Assembly (NCBI GenBank): GCA_048938005.1
Contig: JBHLMQ010000006.1
Span: 80,072-144,071 of the forward strand
Length of the DNA: 64,000 bases
Origin: Promethearchaeota archaeon
Lineage (GTDB): Archaea > Asgardarchaeota > Lokiarchaeia > Sigyniarchaeales > SOKP01
Reading direction: 5' to 3'
The notes beneath the pieces were generated by a model, which had not been told where the DNA came from, searched no databases, and saw nothing but the letters and a program-made list of their open reading frames with translations. This document shows positions 9,616 to 18,679 of the stretch, in pieces (the first letter of the stretch is position 1; each line of letters starts with the position of its first letter). The position numbers and the translations under genes are program-made.

Positions 9616-10710
9616 ATGCAAACTGCCAGCAAAAAGTATATATTAACACAAGAGGATAAACTCTATTTTCAAAAATTTGTAGCTAAAGATGGAGAAGAAT
9701 ATGGATTAAGATTTGGAAATCCTAATGATGCGATAACTATTTCTAGGATCTTCAAAGAAATTTATGGTTTTGAATATGTTAATCCCATAGTATACAATAT
9801 CAATCTTTTAAAAAGAGAGTTATCAAAAAAAAATAATCTGTGGTTTATTGGTGAATCAATAAAAAATAATGAAATTGCTGGAGCGGGATTAATAGAAGTT
9901 GATAGATACATTGCACATGCCAGTAAAGCTGTAACTAAGAAAAAATATCAAGGTCAAGGAATCACAACAAAAATAGGAGCTGCGGGTATTTTAACAGTAA
10001 CAAAAATGCCTCAATTTGATAATGTGTTAAGACTTGATTCTGATGTAAGAAGCTCTTCGATTCGATCTCAAAAACTTATCGAAAATGCTGGGGCTGTGCC
10101 TTATGGTTTAATTCCTGCATATAACAATTTTGGAGATAAAAGACATTATAATTTGGATGAAAATAAGCCGTTTCCTCCACAAACAGAAGAAGGAGCATTC
10201 CTATATTCCATTTTATTTAAAAATTTATGGAATAAAAGAGATAAAAATGTCTATTTATTAAATAATGAGGACGTTATCTTTTTCTATGAATTTATTAAAA
10301 AAATATCAAAAAAAATGAATAATGATATCTTAATACTTGAAAATGGTATAAAAAATAAAGGTTATGAATTGTATGGTGTTTCTAAGGAACCATACAACGG
10401 GATTGTGAAACTATACGGCTATATTAAAGAAAAATCTTTAAACAATCTACTAAAAACGTATCGTGACTGGCGAATTATTCTATGGAGAATCCCAACAATT
10501 AAAAATGGAATTTCTTCAATGTGTCTTGCTTTAAGTAAAGGGTTTAAGATAGTTGGTTATGATATTGGCTTTAATAATATAAATTGGACATTATATGATT
10601 CGGTTATTTTTGCATATTATCCTAAATGTAATTATGGATGTTTAGAAGTAAACTGCACTAATACTCCCAAACCATTAGTAAAAAAGATAAAGGAATCATT
10701 TAGGTCTTAA
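9616..10710 (+). CDS. GNAT-fold acetyltransferase-like protein
   Basis: Motif A-like VTKKKYQGQGI; SQKLIENAGAVPYGLIP; N-terminal PNDAITISRIFKEIYGFEY. Confidence 0.7.
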   Translation: MQTASKKYILTQEDKLYFQKFVAKDGEEYGLRFGNPNDAITISRIFKEIYGFEYVNPIVYNINLLKRELSKKNNLWFIGESIKNNEIAGAGLIEVDRYIAHASKAVTKKKYQGQGITTKIGAAGILTVTKMPQFDNVLRLDSDVRSSSIRSQKLIENAGAVPYGLIPAYNNFGDKRHYNLDENKPFPPQTEEGAFLYSILFKNLWNKRDKNVYLLNNEDVIFFYEFIKKISKKMNNDILILENGIKNKGYELYGVSKEPYNGIVKLYGYIKEKSLNNLLKTYRDWRIILWRIPTIKNGISSMCLALSKGFKIVGYDIGFNNINWTLYDSVIFAYYPKCNYGCLEVNCTNTPKPLVKKIKESFRS

Positions 10711-10744
10711 AAAATTTAATCTGGTTATCCGTTATCACTTTCAA

Positions 10745-11200
10745 TTATGTTAATAAAGATACTACTTTTTCTTCCAAAGTTTGTGTACCAGTTCCGAAGA
10801 TTTTATTAATTATTATCTTAAAAGGCTCAAACTGACCAATTTTCGTAAGATTACAGCCATCATATTGAGAGATAAATCTTTTTAATAATTTTTCCAATAA
10901 GGGTAAAATAGTTTTATGTAAATATTTCTCAAGTCTATAATCCTTATCCAAAACTATGAAAGCTACGATCTCTTGTACATCCCTATATAAGTCTTTTATC
11001 GAACCTTTCTTAAAAATTATGGAATATTTATCACTTTCAAAATATTCTACTGGTTCCATTAAGCATTCAGCAAAGGATAAGAGTCCACTCATTAGCCCGC
11101 TTGAACAAACTAAATTTGTCTTTTGTTTACTAGCCCTATGATAGCTAGTGAAGATAATGGGAATTCCATGGAAGAGTATACCAGCTTCTCGAATCAACAT
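10745..11200 (-). CDS. Stand-alone longin-like domain protein (Asgard eukaryotic-signature type)
   Basis: Pattern beta-beta(GIPI)-alpha(SGLMSGLLSFA)-beta-beta-beta-alpha(LLKRFISQY)-alpha(FEPFKIIINKIF), typical of longin/AP-sigma folds. Confidence 0.7.
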   Translation of the reverse strand: MLIREAGILFHGIPIIFTSYHRASKQKTNLVCSSGLMSGLLSFAECLMEPVEYFESDKYSIIFKKGSIKDLYRDVQEIVAFIVLDKDYRLEKYLHKTILPLLEKLLKRFISQYDGCNLTKIGQFEPFKIIINKIFGTGTQTLEEKVVSLLT

Positions 11201-11282
11201 AGTGAACTATGACGTAAATTAAACCAAATCGCTATTATAATATATTCTTATAAGAATATTCCTAATACACGACGAAACTCAT

Positions 11283-11446
11283 ATATTTAAATCTAATTGT
11301 TTGTGGTAATATTCCGTCGCAATAGTACGACATTATTGTAAAAGAGAATTTTGTCGAAGAAATAATCTTAATTTATACAATATTAATTGTTTTACCAAAA
11401 ATACAAGTATGAAAAAAAGTAGAGGTAAGGATATTTAAATCTAATT
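11283..11446. repeat. 16-bp perfect direct repeat ATATTTAAATCTAATT (11283-11298 and 11431-11446)
   Basis: Read directly; on the minus strand each copy contains TATA-like TTTAAATA facing the longin gene. Confidence 0.6.
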
Positions 11447-11456
11447 CCATATAAAT

Positions 11457-12671
11457 TTAATTCATTGTATTACTATCTAAATCTGTATCTAACTTGTTTA
11501 ATGCATGGTGGCATATCTCTATACAACCATTAAGATTTTTTGACAAGCACTTTTCTGGTGTATCGGTTGAACTATGGATAAATTTTGAATCCTTTTTTGA
11601 ATTAAACCAACAAACTTGTAATTCTTTTTTTAGTTTTTTAGCAAAAAATTTAAATATTATATGGTCACTCAAAAATGATATTGATTTTGTTTCCTTTATC
11701 AAAGAAATCTCTTTCTCTCTTGCGATATCTTCTAAAATATTATTTAGACTTTTATTTAAGATAGTTTTTTTAAAAATTCCAACTTTATCAATCAATCCAA
11801 TATAAGATCCAACCATATCGATATTTATATTATAAGATTTATTGAGGTTATAATTCTTATCTAACCACTCAAAATTTCTGGCACAATAATTTTTTGTGCC
11901 CCATAACCCAAACTCTTCAGCACCAGCCCATAAAAAGATTAAATCTATATTATTAAGCGGGTTGGTATGAAAAATTTTTGCTAACTCGATTAATATGGCT
12001 GTACCACTGGCATTATCAATTGAACCATTTGATTTATTATTAATTCTAATACTAAGGAAAAATCCTAAAAAGACTAAAAATGTTATACAACTCAGTAATT
12101 TAGCAATAAAATGAAGATCTATGATATAACTTATTGGAAAATAAATGGAAAAATAAGAAACATAAATTAAAAACATGTATTTTAAGAACCTTTCAGGATA
12201 ATTAAAACAAGCGGAATCATAATGGGCAGAAAAAATAGCAACTGGTCCTTCCATAAAATTTGTTTTAGCCTTAACCTTAGTAAGAATATTTTGTGAACAA
12301 AATTGCTTTTTAAATGATCTTACTCTGCCTAAATTTGATTTATAGTCTATAAAATCTATAATGTTTTTTATGAAATAAATTACTATTAACATGAATATTA
12401 ACTTAAAAAACTCAAATCCCCCAACGAGAATACTGCTTAAAACGGCAATAAACATTAAAAAATTAACACTTAAAAAACATACCCATAAATTACGCAAAAA
12501 TGGGGGCCATAAAAAATATTCTGTTTCAAATTTTATACTTTCTTCTTTTAACATATCTTTTATATAGTTAATAGTCTTTAATTCTCCTTTAGTTCCTGCC
12601 TTTCGCCCAAATGCTAGAGATTTTACATGATTGAGTGCTGCTTGTTTGTTATATAAAGATGAAGATGAAAT
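11457..12671 (-). CDS. Membrane-bound M28 family metallopeptidase (extended upstream to a proposed ATT start)
   Basis: SAHYDS, GSIDNASG, GAEEFGLWG, NIDMVG, SDH, IHSSTD; the in-frame upstream segment HVKSLAFGRKAGTKGELKTINYI looks like the usual M28 N-terminus. Confidence 0.85.
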   Translation of the reverse strand: MSSSSLYNKQAALNHVKSLAFGRKAGTKGELKTINYIKDMLKEESIKFETEYFLWPPFLRNLWVCFLSVNFLMFIAVLSSILVGGFEFFKLIFMLIVIYFIKNIIDFIDYKSNLGRVRSFKKQFCSQNILTKVKAKTNFMEGPVAIFSAHYDSACFNYPERFLKYMFLIYVSYFSIYFPISYIIDLHFIAKLLSCITFLVFLGFFLSIRINNKSNGSIDNASGTAILIELAKIFHTNPLNNIDLIFLWAGAEEFGLWGTKNYCARNFEWLDKNYNLNKSYNINIDMVGSYIGLIDKVGIFKKTILNKSLNNILEDIAREKEISLIKETKSISFLSDHIIFKFFAKKLKKELQVCWFNSKKDSKFIHSSTDTPEKCLSKNLNGCIEICHHALNKLDTDLDSNTMN

Positions 12672-12866
12672 ATTGTATCATCTCTACATTATAAATTTCG
12701 AATAAAATATTTTGTTTCGAACTACTTTAAGAAGAAATTATTATTATAAGTTCGTAAAATTTATTGTATAAGATAATTTTCGAAGGAATAAGGCAATCTC
12801 CTAATTTTACCTTGATAATTAAAAAAAAAATAATTAAAATTTCGAAATTTTTATATGTTATATTTA

Positions 12867-13187
12867 TTATTCAGGCATTTTCATTCCTATTGTTGCCAAG
12901 GCTTCTCCTGGTTCTAACCAAACCTCATATGAATATTCAAACCCCTCGATTTCATTGTACATAGCTAAAATCTCATTACCGCGAGTTAGAGCTTCTTCGA
13001 GTTTCCCTTTATTTACTCGGGATATAGTAACAACTTTTATTCCAAATGTTGTCGTTTTAACAGCAGCATTTACAAGAGTCTCTCCTAATGATTCATCATC
13101 AGGATATTTACTTAATTGCTCTAGAAACTTTTTTGCTGCCTCGGGTGCTTTATGGCTTGGAAAGATAGCAGTTGTAAAGGTATACAT
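12867..13187 (-). CDS. Hypothetical protein, probable ferredoxin-like alpha+beta fold
   Basis: 106 aa; SD GAGGTGG upstream of the ATG. Confidence 0.75.
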   Translation of the reverse strand: MYTFTTAIFPSHKAPEAAKKFLEQLSKYPDDESLGETLVNAAVKTTTFGIKVVTISRVNKGKLEEALTRGNEILAMYNEIEGFEYSYEVWLEPGEALATIGMKMPE

Positions 13188-13383
13188 ATTTTACCACCTC
13201 TATTATTATTTTATTTTTAAATAACATTAGATTTTAAGGCAAACGTTAAATTATTTCCGTGATATAAAAATCTTTACATTTTTAGCAAAAATGAAGAAAT
13301 GGAATGTCATTTAAAAACAAAAAGAAACCGATCTAAAATGAAAGATATAGCTCTAGTTGATAAATCATTAATCATAACTCTAT

Positions 13384-14502
13384 TTATTTATTTTTTAGTT
13401 TATTTTTTTCCACTAGAATCATATTGTAAAGATCATCCATAGTTTGAGGAGGAACATATTGTTCTTCCTTTTTCTGAAGTGATATAGCTTCAGAAGGACA
13501 TACAGCAACACAATTCCCGCAACCAATACATCGCTTTCTTTCTATTGAAGAAATGTCATCCTTTAATGTTATAGCTTTTAACTGGCATCGATCGATACAT
13601 GTTTCACATCCGGTGCATAAATCAGGATCTACTTCAGCATAATAATTAGAAACCACATAATTTGCAGGATCTGGTACTTTTAATAAACCTCCTATCCCTC
13701 CATCACAACAATAGCAGCAACTACATATAAAGTCTATGTTTTGAGCATTATTTGGTCGAAAAATCAAGCCCTCTTCCTGATTTTGGTGTAATATTTTAAG
13801 AGTTTCTTCTTTGCTAATTTGGGTACCCCATCCCTGATCAATATAATGTTGAGCCATATTCCCGAAGGTAATACAATTACTTTTGTGATTAGTCATTTTA
13901 CATGGTTCTCCGTGGATTTCCATTTCTTGACGGCAAATACAATTAACTTTAAGAAAAGGACCTTCATGTTTTTCTATGATTTTTTTTACATTATCATAAG
14001 GGGCAATATAATGCTCTGGTATAATGTCAATATCAACTGGAATAATACGCAACTGCCCATAATCCGTTGGGTTAGCTTTTTCTCGCCATATTTCACTTAA
14101 ATACTCATTTAAATCCTTTAAAAATTCCTTCGTAAGACTATTAACTTGGTATTCATACATACCGACTATTAATGGTGCAGTACCGAAAAATTTCTTATTT
14201 TCAACTCGTTTAGATATGATGGAACCCTTTTTTGCCATGATATCCAAAATTTTTTCTAATTCTTTTAAAGTTATTCCCGTATTCTTAGTTTGTTCATAAA
14301 TTTGATCTAATGCCTCTATATCTCTATACCAGCCAAAATTTAAAAATGTAGCAATTTTGGCTTCTTCAGGTGTAAAAAGATGCCTTAGAACGCGAATGTC
14401 TGATCCTGATTCTGCGCGAGGGAATCCAATTGGCATTTGATCTAGATGCTTTTGTAATTTTCTATAAACATCAAGATCCTCAACATTATTTCCTTCAGCC
14501 AT
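13384..14502 (-). CDS. Fe-S protein with N-terminal winged-helix-like region and C-terminal 2x[4Fe-4S] ferredoxin domain
   Basis: CICR, ICSCCYCC, CTGCETCIDRC, CIGCGNCVAVCP. Confidence 0.9.
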   Translation of the reverse strand: MAEGNNVEDLDVYRKLQKHLDQMPIGFPRAESGSDIRVLRHLFTPEEAKIATFLNFGWYRDIEALDQIYEQTKNTGITLKELEKILDIMAKKGSIISKRVENKKFFGTAPLIVGMYEYQVNSLTKEFLKDLNEYLSEIWREKANPTDYGQLRIIPVDIDIIPEHYIAPYDNVKKIIEKHEGPFLKVNCICRQEMEIHGEPCKMTNHKSNCITFGNMAQHYIDQGWGTQISKEETLKILHQNQEEGLIFRPNNAQNIDFICSCCYCCDGGIGGLLKVPDPANYVVSNYYAEVDPDLCTGCETCIDRCQLKAITLKDDISSIERKRCIGCGNCVAVCPSEAISLQKKEEQYVPPQTMDDLYNMILVEKNKLKNK

Positions 14503-14703
14503 ATTTTATTCATCCTAGTAATATTCGATTTACAAATTACGTAATATTCTTAGTCTGCTTTTTATAAATTCTTTTTCATTTTGAAAAAGAAGATGAGCTC
14601 AACTAGAACTAATTAATAAAAATTCTAAAAAAGTTGAATTATGTAAATTTTATCCATGTCTTACATAAATAAATAAAAAATATAAGAAAAAAATGTAATA
14701 AAT

Positions 14704-16143
14704 TTATTTCTTCTTCCTTTTAGGCTCAATTTTCTTAATTATAATTGATTCTGCGTGGATCTTGCAGTTTTTAAGGATTACTTTAAAACCTCCAGCACCA
14801 CCTACTCCAGGGATTGTCATTCCAACAGTTCCCATTGGAACCATCGCACCCTCTTCTTCCCATTCCTCTTCTACTTCTTCTACACCACCAATAACAGCCT
14901 TAAACTCTTCAGTTTCTATAATTGGATGACCAACTTTTTCCAACCATGATGGTAATTCACTCAAATCAGAAACATCCTCTTCAGTTGCAATTTTATCCCT
15001 TAAATCTTCTGGAAGGAATTCATATACTCGATCCTTAACTGTTTTACCCATCCATACGATTGTATAAATTCCTCCATCCAATCCTGATTTTATACCATCA
15101 TATTTCTGGTATTTAGGTGAAATAATGTATTGTATGCTTATACCGTTAAAACCAGGCATTTGTTTTCCTCCACCTGTCTGATTAGCCATTGCACTAAAAG
15201 GTAAACCATTAATAGCAACTCCATCAAAACTTCTATCGATAATTCCATGACCTGCTCCTGTCTCTGGAATAAAGAAATCAATTGCTTCAAAACAACCGCA
15301 TGAGGTATGGGGATATTCCATTCCCGAATAAAGATAAATTCTATTGATTTCTCCTAGTGATCGCTTTTTTATCATCTCGTTAACTCCAGAAAATTCACCC
15401 GCTAATTCGTTTAAACATTCACCCATTGGAACTTCAAAAAGAGGTCCTTTCGGATCGACTCTAGCTGCAGCTCTTGCATCAAACCATGAAATAGAGCCAC
15501 ATAAACTCATCCGATTTGGTGTTATGCAACAAGCATGAGTCGGAGCGAAACTCTGACATAAAACACACCCATAAAACATATCAACATCTTCATCATTGAT
15601 GCTTCGGGCTCTTTCATCTCTTTTCTTATAAATTTCTAATGCAAAATCATATGGTTCTTTAATTTTTTCAGGATCAGTATAGAATGTAACTTGAGCTTTT
15701 TTAATAATTGGAAGTTCAGCTTTATACAGTCTAATTAAAATAGTTCCAAGCATCTGAAAATTATCAAATCCTTTTTCTACAGCAGATTTAGAAATTCGCA
15801 TCCAATTGGTATATCTTTGGTTTAAATGCATTATTCCATTTACAAAATTGCAAAACTCATGAACCCTCCTTTCAAATACAGCTTCTAAATCTTCTTCAAG
15901 CTCAGGTCCGGCAACTTCTACCAAAATTCCAATAGGATGTCTTGATCCTACTTCCATTTCTTTTATATCAGGTCCAATGAGAGTTACCTTTCCATCTTCA
16001 ATTTCTTTGTCTGGTTTTACTCTTACGAGCTCAAAATGCCGTTCTATTTTTGGACCACCAAGTTCAACATACATTTGGTTTCCTCGAATTCTTTCACCTT
16101 CATAAACTGGTCCAACATCTACAGGCATGTCAGCAAAACTCAT
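14704..16143 (-). CDS. cdhC: Acetyl-CoA synthase, ACDS beta subunit
   Basis: DVGPVYEGERIR, CVLCQSFAPTH, PHTSCGCFE; archaeal acidic linker and KIHAESIIIKK tail. Confidence 0.97.
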   Translation of the reverse strand: MSFADMPVDVGPVYEGERIRGNQMYVELGGPKIERHFELVRVKPDKEIEDGKVTLIGPDIKEMEVGSRHPIGILVEVAGPELEEDLEAVFERRVHEFCNFVNGIMHLNQRYTNWMRISKSAVEKGFDNFQMLGTILIRLYKAELPIIKKAQVTFYTDPEKIKEPYDFALEIYKKRDERARSINDEDVDMFYGCVLCQSFAPTHACCITPNRMSLCGSISWFDARAAARVDPKGPLFEVPMGECLNELAGEFSGVNEMIKKRSLGEINRIYLYSGMEYPHTSCGCFEAIDFFIPETGAGHGIIDRSFDGVAINGLPFSAMANQTGGGKQMPGFNGISIQYIISPKYQKYDGIKSGLDGGIYTIVWMGKTVKDRVYEFLPEDLRDKIATEEDVSDLSELPSWLEKVGHPIIETEEFKAVIGGVEEVEEEWEEEGAMVPMGTVGMTIPGVGGAGGFKVILKNCKIHAESIIIKKIEPKRKKK

Positions 16144-16178
16144 ATTTAAATTCTCCTCATATATTTTTGTTTACATTT

Positions 16179-16718
16179 TTATAATTTTTCAATTAAATTT
16201 TCTAAAAATATTTTCCATTCTGCATCACTTAAATTTGGCAAGCTAAATCTTGCATTTGGATGAGAATATTTATCTAAATCAATTGTTTTTACCCAATTTG
16301 TGAAATTTTTCAGCCGAGATAATGTTTGAGAGACATAAAAAACTAAATGACCTCCAAAAATTGCCATAGAATATTGTCCTTCTCCATCTAATCCAAGCCA
16401 ATCTTTATCACACAATCGATTTGTGATATTTATCAAAGACATATCGTATAATTTGTCATCAGTTATTCTCTCCTTTAAATATACATACGAATGACCTGTA
16501 GCAACTACATGACAGTCTATCTTATTGGCAATTTCTACAAAGTAATCTACAACTTTTTTACCATTGAGTTCCCAATTTAGGCATTCTGCGCCTATGACAA
16601 AAATCTTCTTCTGTGGATTCTTCAAAAAATTAGCCATGACTGTTGGATCAGAAACAGATGTACCCATTTCAGGGCCTGGAATGTTTGCTTTTTGATATGG
16701 ACGTGCCATTTCACTCAA
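16179..16718 (-). CDS. cdhB: CODH/ACS complex epsilon subunit
   Basis: PYQKANIPGP, WLGLDGEGQY, SQTLSRLKNF, HPNARFSLPNL; adjacent to cdhC. Confidence 0.92.
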   Translation of the reverse strand: MSEMARPYQKANIPGPEMGTSVSDPTVMANFLKNPQKKIFVIGAECLNWELNGKKVVDYFVEIANKIDCHVVATGHSYVYLKERITDDKLYDMSLINITNRLCDKDWLGLDGEGQYSMAIFGGHLVFYVSQTLSRLKNFTNWVKTIDLDKYSHPNARFSLPNLSDAEWKIFLENLIEKL

Positions 16719-16862
16719 TTTCCTCTGTTTTTATTTTTAAATAGAACTTTTAAAATACTTATTATACTTAGAATTATTAAAGACAATTTAAAAAAATTGT
16801 TTTTATTAAGTTTAAGCTAAAATAAATAGTCTTATAAGTATTACAAAAGTGTAAAATTAATC

Positions 16863-17162
16863 ATGTGTGAGTTTAAAATAATAAATGAAACCGATGATTC
16901 TCAAATAGGAGAGGATATTTTAGTTTTATCATATACAGAAAATAACGAATTGATATTTAAAGATGTATTAGGGATGGGTGAAAAATTAGAGTCTGCGCTA
17001 ATATTGGATGTAAATACCTTAAATCAGACTTGTATTGTTCTCCAACATCCTCTTATTAGAGAATTTTTGGATTTAATACGTAGTATGGACGCTCAAAACG
17101 TCTATAAAGTTAAAATTGAAAAATTCATAAAAAGCCTTGAAGATCTTAAGAAAACTCTTTAA
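16863..17162 (+). CDS. cooT: CooT-like nickel-binding accessory protein
   Basis: N-terminal MCE, EDI, DVLG pattern; divergent from cdhBC. Confidence 0.7.
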   Translation: MCEFKIINETDDSQIGEDILVLSYTENNELIFKDVLGMGEKLESALILDVNTLNQTCIVLQHPLIREFLDLIRSMDAQNVYKVKIEKFIKSLEDLKKTL

Positions 17163-17227
17163 AATTAATAAAAAAGTAAATTTGTTAATCTTAGAACTTT
17201 TTAATGAAGTTTTCTTCTTAGATAAAT

Positions 17228-18085
17228 ATGGAAGTCAAGTTCTATGAAGATATTAATAAATTTTATAATCTTGTTTACGATTTCTTAGTGAAGAAGGAAG
17301 CTGAAAACAACTTGATTTTTTCAATTCTTAATACTATTAAAATTAATCCTAAAAGATATGGAGAAGAAAAGCCAATTTTAATAACTGTAAGTGAAAAAAG
17401 CGACCTAAAACTTGTATCTTTGAGAACTCCGCCTTATAATCAACTTCTTTCCTATACAGATGATTTAAAATCTATTGACATATTAGCCGAAATCCTTCTT
17501 CAAAAGAAGATGGAATTACCTGGTGTTTTGGGCTTAAAAGAGGGAGCAAAAAAATTTGCTCAATTATGGTGTGAAAATAAAAAATTGAAATCTCAACTAA
17601 TTAGAAATGAAAGAGTTTACAAATTAGAAAAAGTTGCTGCTGAAACTTTAGGAAGTAGAGATTTCATTATAGGATCTGAAGAGGATCAATTAATAATATT
17701 AAATTGGGCAAAAGATTTTATTCTAGAAGCGTTACCCGAAAGAGATGAATCTCATTTAAAAAAATCTCAAGAAGCCCTTATAGATGATATTAAAAATGAA
17801 AAGATTTTCTTGTTGTTGGATAGTAATAAAGTAGTTTCGATGGCTAGAAAGGCTGGTAAAACACCTAATGGAAATTTAGTGAATTTAGTCTATACACCAC
17901 GAGAATTAAGAAGAAGGGGATATGCAACTGAATGTGTAGCGAAACTTAGTAAACATCTTTTGGACGAGGGAAATAAATTTTGTTTTTTATTTACTGATTT
18001 AATGAATCCCGTCTCTAATAGTATATATCAAAAAATTGGTTATCGTCCTATAATTGATATTGATGAATATAAATTCACAATATAA
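17228..18085 (+). CDS. GNAT family acetyltransferase
   Basis: VYTPRELRRRGYA, LFTDLMNPVSNSIYQKIGY. Confidence 0.92.
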   Translation: MEVKFYEDINKFYNLVYDFLVKKEAENNLIFSILNTIKINPKRYGEEKPILITVSEKSDLKLVSLRTPPYNQLLSYTDDLKSIDILAEILLQKKMELPGVLGLKEGAKKFAQLWCENKKLKSQLIRNERVYKLEKVAAETLGSRDFIIGSEEDQLIILNWAKDFILEALPERDESHLKKSQEALIDDIKNEKIFLLLDSNKVVSMARKAGKTPNGNLVNLVYTPRELRRRGYATECVAKLSKHLLDEGNKFCFLFTDLMNPVSNSIYQKIGYRPIIDIDEYKFTI

Positions 18086-18175
18086 TAAATAAAGCATTAA
18101 AACAATAAAATAAAAAAAAAAGACACGAGAAAGTCTCCTGATTTTCTCCTGAATATTATTAGTAATTTTCTTTCT

Positions 18176-18457
18176 TTATTTTTTTGGAGGAAGAATTTCA
18201 ATCTCAATCGATGATACATTGTTACTACTGCCATCGCTATTTGTTATAGTTTCAGTTCCGATTAATATTTCCCCATAGGTACATCCTTTCACAAATTTAT
18301 TAATCAGAATTTCCGCTACATCTACAGCTCGGGAAATTGAGCGTCCTCGAGCTAATAGTCTAACTGGTTTCTCATTCAAAACTACCATTGCAGCCATTAC
18401 ATAACTCATTGATTTTTTTCTGCCAATAAAAACTTTTGAATCATCTTCTTTAGCCAA
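18176..18457 (-). CDS. albA: Alba chromatin/RNA-binding protein
   Basis: VFIGRKKSMSYV, ARGRSISRAVDVAE, NVSSIEIEI; TTG start after SD AAGGTGA. Confidence 0.95.
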   Translation of the reverse strand: MAKEDDSKVFIGRKKSMSYVMAAMVVLNEKPVRLLARGRSISRAVDVAEILINKFVKGCTYGEILIGTETITNSDGSSNNVSSIEIEILPPKK

Positions 18458-18679
18458 AATTTGTCACCTTATCACTGATTTGCTTTAATTATTCTTTCTT
18501 TTAGTTTAATTCTTTTGTTTTCCTTTGTTATTGTTTACAATAGGTTAATTATCTATAGATAATTAAGTTCTATAAAATAAGTTTAGATTTTAATATTACG
18601 CAATTTCAAATTTATTTTTTCAATATGATATAACAAAAAACAATTAAAAACTAAAACAAAAATTTAAAAAAAAATTTTA

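Noticed and set aside
12697-12721. General TCG-Nx-CGA operator family (also near 14525, 24649 and 60081)
   Set aside because: Spacers vary between sites and the arms are short; cannot be separated from chance without a background model.
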